NCBI GenBank assembly: GCA_964597975.1
Contig: CAZRAA010000002.1
Span: 12,156 to 68,631 of the forward strand
DNA from: an uncultured Thermoleophilaceae bacterium
GTDB lineage: Bacteria; Actinomycetota; Thermoleophilia; Solirubrobacterales; JACPNS01
Direction of reading: 5' to 3'
DNA: 56,476 nucleotides
A program made the translations under genes and the position numbers. Under the pieces are notes generated by a model. That model worked only from the letters and a program-made list of their open reading frames with translations, was not told where the DNA came from and ran no database searches. Below are positions 44,138-54,228 of this stretch, piece by piece (the first letter of the stretch is position 1; every line of letters starts with the position of its first letter).

Positions 44138-45934
44138 CTAAGGAACGCTGCCGTCGTCAACAAACTTGCCGACTTCGATCGTCACCGTTGAGCCGACCTC
44201 GGCGATCGAGCCCGGTTCGGGATCAGTCGTCTGCACGACGCCGTTTTCGTCCTGGCTCGAGGTGTCGACGTACTTGATCTCGACTTCGAAACCGGCCGAC
44301 TTCAGCTGCGCCCGTGCGTCGGAGGTTTTCAACCCCTCGACATTGGGAATCTTGTTCTGGCCTGACGAGACCGTGAGCTTGATCTTCGCGCCGTCGTCGG
44401 CCTTCGCGCCGCCGGACGGGGACTGCTTGGTGACCTCGTCCTTGGGCTTGCTGCTGTCTACCTCGGTCGTCGTCACATCGAACCCTGCGTCTTCCAGCGT
44501 CTTGGTCGCATCGTCCACGTTCTCGCCAACCACATTCGGCACCGTCACCTGTTTGGCGCCGCGGCTCACATAGAGCTCAACCTCGCTGCCCTTGTCGGCC
44601 TTCTCTCCGGCGTCTGGAACCGTACGCGTGGCCTTGCCCGACGCGATATCGCTGTTGTATTCCTTGACGACATTCACGGTCAGCCCCAGCTCTTCTAGTT
44701 CCTTGGTGGCCGTCGCCTGAGTCAGCCCCTCAACCTCCGGCATCGTCACCTGCCCCGGGCCTGAGCTGACGTTGAGGATCACCGTTGAGCCCTTCTTCGC
44801 CTTCTGCCCGCCGGGCGGGCTTTGGCTGATCACTTCGCCGGCCGGAGCCTTGTCGGGCTTTGAGAAGACCTGGCTCTTGAAGCCGGCCTGGGCGATCCGC
44901 GACTGGGCGTCGCCGGACGCCCGGCCAACGACATTGGGCACGGTCGCCTGATTGCCGATCAGCAGGAAGTAGAGGAGCGCCGCGAGCAGCAGCGCGGCCG
45001 CTACGCATCCAGCAATGATCCAGTTGCGCTTGCGGTTGTCCTTCACAGCCGCAGGGGTCGCCGCGACGGCACCGCGCACCTCGGTCTGCCCGGGAGCCGC
45101 ACCAAGGTTGTCGCGCGCACGCTCGAGCGCCTGCGAGAACTCCTCAGCCGAGGCGTAGCGCTCAACCGGCGACTTTGCCATCGCCTTCATCACCACCGCA
45201 TCCAGTGCCGGCGGCACGCCGGGTTTGACCGCGGACGGCCTGGGCGCCGGTTGGTTGATGTGCTGTAGCGCGATCGCAACCGACGACTCGCCGTCGAACG
45301 GCACCTTGCCGGTGAGTAGCTCAAACAGCACAACGCCCACGGAGTAGAGGTCGCTGGCGTTTGACACCGGTTTGCCCTGCGCCTGCTCGGGCGAGATGTA
45401 CTGCGCCGTGCCGACCATCTGGCCGGTCTGCGTGATGTCGCCGTCGACCGGGTTATGGGCGATGCCGAAGTCGGTGACCTTGACGTTCCACTCGTCGTCG
45501 ATCATCACGTTCTGCGGCTTGAGGTCGCGGTGAATCAGCCCCTTGCTGTGGGCGAACTTTGCGGCGGCGAGGATCTGCAGCGTAATGTGAATCGCCAGCT
45601 TGGGATCAAGCGCGCCCATCGCGTTTACGACGTCCTTGAGCGTTCGCCCGGGCAGGTACTCCATCGCGATGTAGTAGGTGCTGCCGAACTGACCGCGATC
45701 GAAGACGTTGACGACGTTCTTGTGCTGGAGCGCGGCGGCCGCTTGGGCCTCGCGCTCAAAGCGTTGGATGAACGACTGGTCGGCGGCGAAACGCTCGTGC
45801 ATCACCTTCAGCGCAACCGGGCGACCCAGGTGCTGGTCGTCGCAGAGGTAGACATCCGCCATCCCACCCGAGCCAATTCGGCTCCGCACGGTGTAGCGGT
45901 TGTCGATCAGGGTTCCGTTTGCAAGCACGCTCAT
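44138..45934 (-). CDS. pknB: Stk1/PknB family Ser/Thr kinase with four PASTA domains
   Basis: GSGGMA, HRDLKPQN, DFGIA, GTAQYISPEQ; one TM; four (V/M/I)P(N/E)VxG PASTA repeats. Confidence 0.94.
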   Translation of the reverse strand: MSVLANGTLIDNRYTVRSRIGSGGMADVYLCDDQHLGRPVALKVMHERFAADQSFIQRFEREAQAAAALQHKNVVNVFDRGQFGSTYYIAMEYLPGRTLKDVVNAMGALDPKLAIHITLQILAAAKFAHSKGLIHRDLKPQNVMIDDEWNVKVTDFGIAHNPVDGDITQTGQMVGTAQYISPEQAQGKPVSNASDLYSVGVVLFELLTGKVPFDGESSVAIALQHINQPAPRPSAVKPGVPPALDAVVMKAMAKSPVERYASAEEFSQALERARDNLGAAPGQTEVRGAVAATPAAVKDNRKRNWIIAGCVAAALLLAALLYFLLIGNQATVPNVVGRASGDAQSRIAQAGFKSQVFSKPDKAPAGEVISQSPPGGQKAKKGSTVILNVSSGPGQVTMPEVEGLTQATATKELEELGLTVNVVKEYNSDIASGKATRTVPDAGEKADKGSEVELYVSRGAKQVTVPNVVGENVDDATKTLEDAGFDVTTTEVDSSKPKDEVTKQSPSGGAKADDGAKIKLTVSSGQNKIPNVEGLKTSDARAQLKSAGFEVEIKYVDTSSQDENGVVQTTDPEPGSIAEVGSTVTIEVGKFVDDGSVP

Positions 45935-45951
45935 CTTCAGTTTTCCTATTT

Positions 45952-45982
45952 GCGGGAGAGCTCCCGCTCCCTTCCGGGGAGC
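45952..45982 (-). terminator. Two adjacent GC-rich hairpins between pbpA and pknB
   Basis: + strand GCGGGAG-AG-CTCCCGC (45952-45967) and GCTCCC-TTCCG-GGGAGC (45966-45982). Confidence 0.4.
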
Positions 45983-45989
45983 AGACCGC

Positions 45990-47432
45990 TCATTGATTTC
46001 GAAGCAAATACTGCAACACGGTCGCAGCTATCGGAGCTGCGACGGCGCCGCCAAATTCGGGCGTGCTCTCGATCGACACGGCAACGGCGTACTTCGGATT
46101 GTCATAAGGGGCAAAGCCGATGAACCACGCTTGGTTGAGTCCGTCGCCGAGCTCGGCCGTGCCGGTCTTCCCGGCCATCCGCAGGTCACCGACGTTGGCC
46201 GCGCCGCCGGTTCCCTCCTCAACCACCTTGCGCATCATTCTGTTGAGCTCTTCGGCAGTTGAACGCTTCATCACGCGCGTCGCCTTCTTTGGCGAGACCT
46301 TCTGCGTCGTGCGGCCGTATTCGTCGCGGAAGAGCCGCGCCAGGCGCGGTTCCATGCGCACGCCGCGGTTTGCCACCGTCGCGGCGACTTCGGCCATCTG
46401 AATCGGCGTCACCGCAAGTCGCTCCTGGCCGATCGCCGTTCGCGCGAGGTCGATGTTGGCGTCGGGGGGAAGCAGGTTGCCGCGCCGGTCGCGCAGACCG
46501 CTGGCAAGGAGTTGCCCACGAGGCAGGTCGATCGGCGGCGGCGCGTAAAAGCCAAAGCGCTTCATGTACTCGAGCAGCGTCTCCTTGCCGAGCTTGACTC
46601 CGATGTTGCCGAACGCGGTGTTGACGGAAAACGTCAGCGCCGTCTGCAGATTGGTCGGTCCGTATTGCTGATTGAAGTCATTGCGCAACGGCTTGGAAGC
46701 GAATGTCTGCGGTGAGTTGCCGTCGACCGTGCTCGAGGTCGTCATCACGCCCGAGTCGAGCGCAGCGGCAGCGGTCACGACTTTGAATGTCGAACCCGGT
46801 GGATAGGTGGAGTCCGAAACGCGATCGACCAGGGGCGAGCGACGGGCGCTGTTTAGCTCCCGCACCCCGGCCGACGTGCCCATCAGTTCCGGGTTGTAGC
46901 TCGGCCGGCTCACGTAGACCGGCACGCGCCCGGTGCGCGGATCAAGCACCACAACGGCGCCGCGATGCGTCGCCATCTGCTGCTGGGCGAGCTGCTGGCC
47001 GCCGAGGTCGAGGTTCGTGACCATGTTCTGCTGGTCGCCGCCGCGACCGAGCAACTGGTCGAGCACTGAAAAGGTTGATCGGCTCTCGCCGGTCAGCTGC
47101 GGATCCCAGAACTTCTCAAGCCCGGATTGGCCGTAGAAGGCGTACGAGTAACCAACCGGGTGTGCAAAGAGCTCGCCTGTCGGATAGCTGCGCACGTACT
47201 CACCGCTTGCGCGCTTGGTGCTGCGCGCGAGGGTCCTGCCTGAGGCTGTGTAGATCGCGCCGCGCGGCTTCTTGGCGTTCTTCTGCGCCGGAATCTTGTT
47301 CAGCGCGTTCTGGTTCAGCGAGCGCGCCTCAAACACGGTCCAGCGCGCGGTGTAGAACGCCAGGAGCGCGAAGAGGAAGACCACGACGAAGAACACGCGC
47401 CGGATCGGCTTGTTCATCTGCTGAGTGCCCAT
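45990..47432 (-). CDS. pbpA: Class B penicillin-binding protein PbpA
   Basis: PGSTFK (SxxK), SVN (SxN) and GKTGT motifs; N-terminal TM; syntenic with rodA. Confidence 0.92.
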   Translation of the reverse strand: MGTQQMNKPIRRVFFVVVFLFALLAFYTARWTVFEARSLNQNALNKIPAQKNAKKPRGAIYTASGRTLARSTKRASGEYVRSYPTGELFAHPVGYSYAFYGQSGLEKFWDPQLTGESRSTFSVLDQLLGRGGDQQNMVTNLDLGGQQLAQQQMATHRGAVVVLDPRTGRVPVYVSRPSYNPELMGTSAGVRELNSARRSPLVDRVSDSTYPPGSTFKVVTAAAALDSGVMTTSSTVDGNSPQTFASKPLRNDFNQQYGPTNLQTALTFSVNTAFGNIGVKLGKETLLEYMKRFGFYAPPPIDLPRGQLLASGLRDRRGNLLPPDANIDLARTAIGQERLAVTPIQMAEVAATVANRGVRMEPRLARLFRDEYGRTTQKVSPKKATRVMKRSTAEELNRMMRKVVEEGTGGAANVGDLRMAGKTGTAELGDGLNQAWFIGFAPYDNPKYAVAVSIESTPEFGGAVAAPIAATVLQYLLRNQ

Positions 47433-47435
47433 GCG

Positions 47436-48749
47436 TCAGATCACCCCGCCGGCCATCGTCTCATCGCGCCGAGCGTCGCTCGAGATCTTCATCAGCAGCG
47501 CCACGAGGATGAAGTTGGCGACGATGCTGCTTCCGCCGTAGGAGACAAACGGCAGCGTGACGCCGGTCAGCGGGATGACCGTCGTCACCCCGCCGACGAT
47601 CACGAAGACCTGCAGCGCGAAGACAAATGTGAGTCCGGTCGCCAGCAATTTGGAGAACGCGTCGCGCGCGATGATCGCCGTCTTCAGGCCGCGTTCGATG
47701 AAGACGAGGTAGAGCACGAGCAGGCCGATCGCGCCGACCAGTCCGGTCTCGCCGGTGAAGAGCGCGTAGATCGAGTCGGTCTGCACCGCCGGCAGAATCG
47801 GCGTGCCCTGCGAACTGATCAGCGATTGACCGAAGCCGCTGCCGAGCGTCCCGCCGTCGGCCATCGTGAAGAGGCCTTGGGCGATCTGGTAGCTGCCGCC
47901 CTCAGCGTTGAAGAGCGCCGGATCGAACGGGTGATGCCAGATGTCGGCACGCGCCTGCACGTGCCCCACGGTGTTGCTGAAGAACTCAAAACCGAAAATG
48001 AACATCGCTACGCCAAGCACCACGTACGAGAGTCGCCCGGTCGCCACGTAGAGCAGCGCCAGGAATCCACCGAAGAACATCACCGCACTGCCCAAATCGC
48101 GGATGAACACGAGCATGAACATCGCGAACGCCCAGACCACGACCATCGGCCCGAAGAACCCGAGCGGCGGGAAGCTGATCCCCAAGAAGCGTTTCTCCTG
48201 CGTGACCAGAATCTCGCGCGTCTCAGCGAGGTAGGCGGCGACGAACACGACGATCGCCAGCTTGGCGAGTTCGGTCGGCTGGAAGGCGAGTGGACCGAGC
48301 TTGATCTGCAGGTATGCGCCGTTCACGACGCCGCCGGTCAAGCGCGGAAGCAGGAGCAGGACAAACGCGCCGATCGCGATCGTGTAGCGATAGCGCTCAA
48401 GAATCGAGAGGTCGCGAACGAAGATCACGGTCGCCGCAAACGCGATCAGCGCGATCACGAACCACTGCGCCTGCTCGCGCGCAAGTTCCGGGCTGATTCG
48501 GTAGATCGTGACGATGCCAACGCCGGCGAGCGCAGCGGTCAGTGGGTAGATGTACGGATCGGCGTTCGGCAGGAAGACCCGGATGAACACATGTCCGAGC
48601 AGACACAGCGCAAGGAAGATCGCGCCATAGGTGATCGTCAGGTCATTGACCTGCGCCTCGCGCGCAATCAGCACGCCGGCAAAGCCCGCCGCCGTCGCCA
48701 GCGCGACGGGAACCAGGCCGAAGAGTTCGCGGTTGCGCGCGCTCAGCAT
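47436..48749 (-). CDS. rodA: SEDS family peptidoglycan glycosyltransferase RodA/FtsW
   Basis: FQPTELAK, RDLGS, IPLTGVTLPFVSYGGSS motifs. Confidence 0.92.
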   Translation of the reverse strand: MLSARNRELFGLVPVALATAAGFAGVLIAREAQVNDLTITYGAIFLALCLLGHVFIRVFLPNADPYIYPLTAALAGVGIVTIYRISPELAREQAQWFVIALIAFAATVIFVRDLSILERYRYTIAIGAFVLLLLPRLTGGVVNGAYLQIKLGPLAFQPTELAKLAIVVFVAAYLAETREILVTQEKRFLGISFPPLGFFGPMVVVWAFAMFMLVFIRDLGSAVMFFGGFLALLYVATGRLSYVVLGVAMFIFGFEFFSNTVGHVQARADIWHHPFDPALFNAEGGSYQIAQGLFTMADGGTLGSGFGQSLISSQGTPILPAVQTDSIYALFTGETGLVGAIGLLVLYLVFIERGLKTAIIARDAFSKLLATGLTFVFALQVFVIVGGVTTVIPLTGVTLPFVSYGGSSIVANFILVALLMKISSDARRDETMAGGVI

Positions 48750-48765
48750 CCTTGCCGCCGGGTCG

Positions 48766-50046
48766 CTAGGGCGCCGTCGCGCCGTCGCCGGAACTTACGC
48801 CGACATCGTTCACGTCGATCTTCTGAAGCTCGATCTGCCGCGCAAGGTCCAGCGCGTCGGCGCGCGAGCGCAGCTTGTGGTCGAGGATGTGCGCACGCAG
48901 ATCCTCGGGAAGCTCGCTGACCGGTGTCGAGGTGACATAGTCGCGCGTGTAGAGCTGGATGCTCAGCGGAAGTTCATAGGGCAACCCGCGGTAGACGGTC
49001 ACCAGGCCCTTCTCGTTGCCGCCGATGAAATAGACGTTCAGCGAACCGACGATCGCACCGCCGATTGCGATCACGAGAACGCCCGCGACAATCACCGCGC
49101 CGACCCAGCGGCGCGAGCGTTTGGAGACGTCGCGACGCCGCTGGAACTCCTCGCGCGATCCGGTCTCGCGAATCACTTCGCCAGTGCCGCCTGCGGCAGC
49201 GGTTTGGGGCACCGGTGCGGGCACTGCTTGCGGCTCCTCGGCGCTTGGCGGTGGGGGAACGACCACCGGAGCGACGATCGTCTGATCGCCGGTGTCCAGC
49301 GTCGGCTCGGCGTGGTCGGCATCACCGGCGCTTGCGCCGTCCAGCCGGAAGGCCACCACAGTGATGTTGTCGACCCCTCCGTTCTCGTTGGCACGGCGGA
49401 TCAAGTTGTCGGCGATCTCCTTCATCGGAGCGCCCGAGCCCATCTCTTCGGCGATCGTCGTCTCATCGACCATCCCGGTCAGGCCGTCGCTGCAGATCAG
49501 GTAGACGTCGCCGTTCCTCACAGGATGACTCAGCGTGTCGATCTCCACGTCGTCCTCGGGGCCCAGCGCCCGCGTGAGGATCGAGCGCTGTGGATGCACC
49601 TCGGCTTCGGCCTCGGTGATCGCACCGCGTCGGACCATCTCACCGACCAGTGAGTGGTCGCGCGTCAGGCGCGTCAGCTGGCCATCGCGAAGTCGATATG
49701 CGCGGCTGTCGCCGACGTGGGCGATCGTCACCTCGTCGTCGCCGATCAGCAGGGCGGTGATCGTCGTGCCCATTCCCTGAAACTCGTCGCCGCTGACCGA
49801 TTTGGCGTGGATCGCGCGATTCGCGCGCCGCACCGCGTCGGCCATGCGCGGTTCCGGCGGAGCGGTTTCGTCGAGTGGCTCCTTGAAGGCTTCGACAGCG
49901 ATACCGGAAGCGACCTCGCCGGCCTGCGCGCCGCCCATACCGTCGGCGACCACGAACAGCGGCGAGCGCACGAAGTACGAGTCCTCGTTGGCTTTGCGCA
50001 CGCGTCCGACGTCGGACGCCGCGGCGAAATCGACTACGCGGAGCAT
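48766..50046 (-). CDS. pstP: PP2C-type Ser/Thr phosphatase (PstP/Stp1) with TM and extracellular domain
   Basis: GRVRKANED, VADGMGG, HVGDSRAY, CSDGL, GGVDNIT motifs. Confidence 0.93.
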   Translation of the reverse strand: MLRVVDFAAASDVGRVRKANEDSYFVRSPLFVVADGMGGAQAGEVASGIAVEAFKEPLDETAPPEPRMADAVRRANRAIHAKSVSGDEFQGMGTTITALLIGDDEVTIAHVGDSRAYRLRDGQLTRLTRDHSLVGEMVRRGAITEAEAEVHPQRSILTRALGPEDDVEIDTLSHPVRNGDVYLICSDGLTGMVDETTIAEEMGSGAPMKEIADNLIRRANENGGVDNITVVAFRLDGASAGDADHAEPTLDTGDQTIVAPVVVPPPPSAEEPQAVPAPVPQTAAAGGTGEVIRETGSREEFQRRRDVSKRSRRWVGAVIVAGVLVIAIGGAIVGSLNVYFIGGNEKGLVTVYRGLPYELPLSIQLYTRDYVTSTPVSELPEDLRAHILDHKLRSRADALDLARQIELQKIDVNDVGVSSGDGATAP

Positions 50047-50049
50047 CGA

Positions 50050-50517
50050 CTACTCCTCATACCTGAACTCGGTGTCGCCAATCGTGATCTTGTCGCCTGG
50101 GTTGAGCTGCTGCGGTCCATCGACGCGCGCGCCGTTCAAGTAGGTGCCGTTTGTCGAGCCGAGGTCCTCAAGATAGTTGTGCGGCCCACGGGGAGTGATC
50201 CGCGCGTGACGGGCCGACGCAAATACGTCGTCGACGATCACTTCCGCCGGCTTGTCGCGGCCGAGCAGCAATCCGCCCAAGAGATCGAACGAACTGCCCG
50301 TCTCGTACTTGTTGGCGGCCACCACCACCAGGCGCGGGCGCACCCCGGCCTTCAGGTCGATCGGCGCCTGGCCTTCGCCGGAGCCGAGCAGCGGATCGAA
50401 GTCAGCCTGATCGCTGCCGACGAGATCGCGCGACGAACTGCGCACCACCCAGACGATGAATACGAAGAGCAGGGCGAGGAACGCGAACTTGAGCGCGACT
50501 GCGATCGGGTCATCCAT
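50050..50517 (-). CDS. fhaB: FHA domain protein FhaB/FipA
   Basis: N-terminal TM; GR...SARHA...DLGSTNGT; synteny. Confidence 0.88.
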   Translation of the reverse strand: MDDPIAVALKFAFLALLFVFIVWVVRSSSRDLVGSDQADFDPLLGSGEGQAPIDLKAGVRPRLVVVAANKYETGSSFDLLGGLLLGRDKPAEVIVDDVFASARHARITPRGPHNYLEDLGSTNGTYLNGARVDGPQQLNPGDKITIGDTEFRYEE

Positions 50518-50523
50518 CGCAGA

Positions 50524-51291
50524 TCACTCCAGCACGAACTTCAGGACGGTGTTTCCAAGTTCGACGACGTCCCCGCCGCGCAACACGGCGGGGCCTGCCA
50601 GCGCGCCGCCGTTCAGCCGGGTGCCGTTGGTTGAGCCCATGTCGCTGACTACCCAATCCGAACCTTGAGCGCGGAACTCCACATGTCGGCGCGAGATGTT
50701 CGGGTCGTCGAGCTTGATGTCCGAGTCGCGTCCGCGGCCGACGACAGTTGCCGGAGAGCTGAGCGCAAAGCGCCGGTCGCCAGACTCGAGCACTGCTCGC
50801 AGCGCCACCGCCGGCGCGGCGGCTTCGAGTTCCTGCGGCGGAGCCTGCAGATCGCGCACGTTATAGACCTGCGTGTGACCAGACGGAGCCTGCGGCTCGA
50901 CCGGCTGCACGTCCTCTTCGGGCGCATCGGCCAGGCGCGCCTGGATGCCGAAGAGCCCGAGCTCGAGTCGATCTTCGGTCTCGAATGAAACGGTCGGGCG
51001 CGAGAGCAGGGAATAGCCGCGCTTCCTCGCGTGTTCAAGCAGGTAGAGCGAGAGCTCGCGCTGGAGGCCGTCCTCGTAGTGCGAGAACTGCTCGCGATCC
51101 TGCGGGGAGAGAAAGACGGTGTACTCGTTGGGCGCGTAGGTGCGCGAGATCGACGCGGCGCGGTGGGCGTCCATCTCGCGCGCGAGTTTGCGTGCCAGCT
51201 CGATCGGCTGGACCTCGGATTTGAACGCCGACTTGAAGCCGCCTTCGATCAGGCGTTCGAGTTTGGATTCGAAGTTCTTGAGAAAATTCAC
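50524..51291 (-). CDS. fhaA: DUF3662 + FHA domain protein FhaA
   Basis: VQPIELARKL.REM...APNEY (DUF3662); GR...SRRH...MGSTNGT (FHA). Confidence 0.92.
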   Translation of the reverse strand: MNFLKNFESKLERLIEGGFKSAFKSEVQPIELARKLAREMDAHRAASISRTYAPNEYTVFLSPQDREQFSHYEDGLQRELSLYLLEHARKRGYSLLSRPTVSFETEDRLELGLFGIQARLADAPEEDVQPVEPQAPSGHTQVYNVRDLQAPPQELEAAAPAVALRAVLESGDRRFALSSPATVVGRGRDSDIKLDDPNISRRHVEFRAQGSDWVVSDMGSTNGTRLNGGALAGPAVLRGGDVVELGNTVLKFVLE

Positions 51292-53024
51292 GCTCTCACA
51301 TGCCCGCCTGAGCGCCCAGCGCGCGCACGGGCCCGTTGGGGTTCAAAAACCCTACCCTTCCCGGCCCTCAGGAAGGCCGCGCAGGCCAGGCCCAGTACGG
51401 CCACGACGCCGGTCGCGATAAACACCGCCGAGGCCGGCTGCTCAAACACCTGACCGACCGCGATCTGTCCTGCAACAAATGCTCCGGCGAGCAGCGCCCA
51501 GCTCCAGAGCGGTGCCCAGTGATCGTGCAACAACACCGCGATCGCCCCGGCCAGCGCCCAGACGCCGAGCGAGGCAAGGTAGGCAGGCTCTGCAAACGCG
51601 CCGAGCGAGTGCAGAGCCACATCGGCGAATTGCCTGACTTCTTCGGGCTTATCGGCCCCCGGAGGCAGACTGAGCGCGAGTGAGGCGCCAGACATCGCCT
51701 GCGCTGCGACCACCCAGGCAAACGCCCCGGCGCCCGCCAGGGCCCCGTCGAGCACGCGCGGCAGAGGGGTCATCGCGGCAAGCGCAGCAACCAGCGCCGG
51801 GAGCACCAGAAACATCGCCGAGCCGACCTGCCCGGTGGCCGCGAGCGCAACCGCGCCTGCCGTGGCGGCCAGCGCCCAGCCAGCGCGTGGCATCAGGAAG
51901 ACGAGAGCCGCAGCGATCGCCGGCTCGATTGGCGAGAGTTTGATCTCGGCGGCGAGCATGGTCGTAAGGCAAAGTCCCGCCGCAGCGGCGGCGAGCACGA
52001 ATCTTGAGAGCCGCCCTCCGCTCTCATTCCACTCGGCGGCTTGGTGCGACGCGCGGATCGCCGGTCGGTCGTGCGTGTAGCTGTCAGAGCGCGTGGCCGG
52101 CGCTCGGCCGAAGAGTCCGCGCAACCGCGAGCTCATTGTGGGGGCGGCGAGCTGGTGGGAGAGCTCGGGCAGCGCGTCGTAGATCGCCGCGCCCAGCTCG
52201 ACGATGTCCGGGCGCAGGTGCGGGTCGGGCTCCAGGCAGCAGTCGATCGTCCAGCTCAGATCCGGCGGCAGATCGCGCCGGGCGCGCGCCAGCCGCGAGC
52301 GGCGGCCTTTGCCGGGGCCGGCGCCGGTGAAGCACTCAAAAAGCACAAGCGCCAGCGAGTACACGTCGCTTGCCGGAGTCGCCGGCTCGCCGGCCTCCTG
52401 CTCGGGCGCCACATAGCCGCGCGACCCCGCGTGCGGTCCGGCGTGTTCGCGACCGCCATGCTCGCTGGGGTCGACAATGCTGGCGATCCCGAAGTCCATC
52501 AGCTTGGCCGGCTGCACGCGCCATCCGCCAGAACCCTCAAGCCAAGCGCTTGTGACCATTACGTTGGCGGGCTTGACGTCACGATGCACGACGCCCTGCT
52601 TGTGTGCGTGAGCGAGCGCCTCGCAGAGGGCGTAGCCAATACGACCGGCGTCGTTGTCGGAGAGCAAGCCCTCGTCGATCATCTGTCCGAGCGTGTGTCC
52701 GTGCACCAGCTCGTTGATCATGTAGATGCAGTCGTCTTCGCTGACCACCTCATACAGGGAAACGATCGCCGGGTGATTCAGCCGCGCGGTGGCGCGCGCT
52801 TCGCGCAAGGCGTCGGCGGCGTCGGTCAGTTCGGTGTCGAGTTGCAGCTCCTTGATCGCCACCGGGCGCTCGAGCAGCATGTCAAAGCCCTCCCAGACCG
52901 TGCCAAAGCCGCCACTGCCGAGCGGAACGAGCAGCTCGAAGCGATCGCGCAGACGCACCACGCGGTCGCGTGGCCGAAGGGCGCGGGTGGTGCGCTCGCG
53001 CAACGTCTGGGTGCGGAATCCCAT
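51288..53024 (-). CDS. Ser/Thr protein kinase fused to a multi-pass membrane domain
   Basis: GSGGFG, VAIK, HRDVKPAN, DFGIA, APE, DVYSL; about 8 hydrophobic segments at the C-terminus; GTGA overlap with fhaA. Confidence 0.87.
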   Translation of the reverse strand: MGFRTQTLRERTTRALRPRDRVVRLRDRFELLVPLGSGGFGTVWEGFDMLLERPVAIKELQLDTELTDAADALREARATARLNHPAIVSLYEVVSEDDCIYMINELVHGHTLGQMIDEGLLSDNDAGRIGYALCEALAHAHKQGVVHRDVKPANVMVTSAWLEGSGGWRVQPAKLMDFGIASIVDPSEHGGREHAGPHAGSRGYVAPEQEAGEPATPASDVYSLALVLFECFTGAGPGKGRRSRLARARRDLPPDLSWTIDCCLEPDPHLRPDIVELGAAIYDALPELSHQLAAPTMSSRLRGLFGRAPATRSDSYTHDRPAIRASHQAAEWNESGGRLSRFVLAAAAAGLCLTTMLAAEIKLSPIEPAIAAALVFLMPRAGWALAATAGAVALAATGQVGSAMFLVLPALVAALAAMTPLPRVLDGALAGAGAFAWVVAAQAMSGASLALSLPPGADKPEEVRQFADVALHSLGAFAEPAYLASLGVWALAGAIAVLLHDHWAPLWSWALLAGAFVAGQIAVGQVFEQPASAVFIATGVVAVLGLACAAFLRAGKGRVFEPQRARARAGRSGGHVRA

Positions 53025-53157
53025 AGCTTGGTCTTTCGCTGACGCTTGCGGGGTGCCTGCAAGCTGACTCGCGCAATCGCCGCTGGGAAGGGGGAATCCG
53101 CCCGGTCGGCGGTGAATACTTCGTTACGATCCTCGCGCTCTTCCCGGAGCACTCGCA

Positions 53158-54228
53158 ATGGCATCCTTCTCAGGCGACGAAAACGACGGGCCCGGCCGTT
53201 TCCAGCGTCCGCGTCAGCCCGACTCAGAGCACCAGCAGGTGATGCAGCGCCGTGCCGTCGCGGCCGGCTTGATCGTGCTCTTCCTGATCGTCATCTTGTT
53301 CCTTGCCAAGGGCTGCCAGAGCACTCGTCAGACGAACGCCGTCAAGGACTTCGTCAAGCAGACCAACTCGATCATCACCCAGTCCAATCAGACTTCGAAG
53401 GACTTCTTCGATCTGCTCAAGGACCCGGGCGACGCCTCGGCGACCGACATCGAGACTTCCGTCAACGTCCAGCGCTCACAAGCCTCGGAGCTGGTGCGCC
53501 AGGCCGCCGACCTGGACGCATCGGGCGACGACCTGACTGCCGCTAGGCAGTATCTCGTCGAGACGCTGGAGTTCCGCCGCGACGGACTGACGCAGATTTC
53601 GAAAGAGATTGGCCAGGCGCTGGGCGACCAGGACCCCGAGGCGGCAACCGAGAAGATCGCCGCCAACATGCAGCAGTTCCTGACCAGCGACGTGATCTAC
53701 TCGCAGCGCGCCTACGCCTACATGAACGCGGCGATTGAGGATCGCGACATCAAGGGTGAAGAGATTCCCGCCAGCCAGTTCCTCCCGAGCCTTGAGTGGC
53801 TCGACCCGGCGCAGGTTGAAGACGTCTTCGCGCGGGCACGCGGCGGGGGCAGTGACACGGCCGCGACGCCCGGCACGCACGGCACCGGCATCACGGGTGT
53901 CACAGTGCAGCCCTCGGGCACGGCGCTTGCCGAAGGCCAGACCAACGATTTGAAGGGCGCGTCGTCAATTGAAGTCGACGTGCAGAACCAGGGCGAGAAC
54001 GACGAGACCAGCGTGATCGTCTCCTACACAATCACCGGATCGGGCGCGGCCATTCGCCAGAACAAGACGATTCCTTCGATCAAGGCCGGTGAGACGGTCA
54101 AGGTCACGCTCCCACTGTCGAAGATCCCCGCTTCGGGCGCCACGGCGACGATGAAAGTCACCGTCAAGAAGGTGCCCGGCGAAGAGAACCTCGACAACAA
54201 CACGCAGACCTTCGACGTCACCTTCTGA
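53158..54228 (+). CDS. Membrane-anchored protein with a helical region and C-terminal CARDB-like Ig domain
   Basis: One TM; C-terminal VDVQNQGENDE...IKAGET...VPGEENLDNN. Confidence 0.75.
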   Translation: MASFSGDENDGPGRFQRPRQPDSEHQQVMQRRAVAAGLIVLFLIVILFLAKGCQSTRQTNAVKDFVKQTNSIITQSNQTSKDFFDLLKDPGDASATDIETSVNVQRSQASELVRQAADLDASGDDLTAARQYLVETLEFRRDGLTQISKEIGQALGDQDPEAATEKIAANMQQFLTSDVIYSQRAYAYMNAAIEDRDIKGEEIPASQFLPSLEWLDPAQVEDVFARARGGGSDTAATPGTHGTGITGVTVQPSGTALAEGQTNDLKGASSIEVDVQNQGENDETSVIVSYTITGSGAAIRQNKTIPSIKAGETVKVTLPLSKIPASGATATMKVTVKKVPGEENLDNNTQTFDVTF

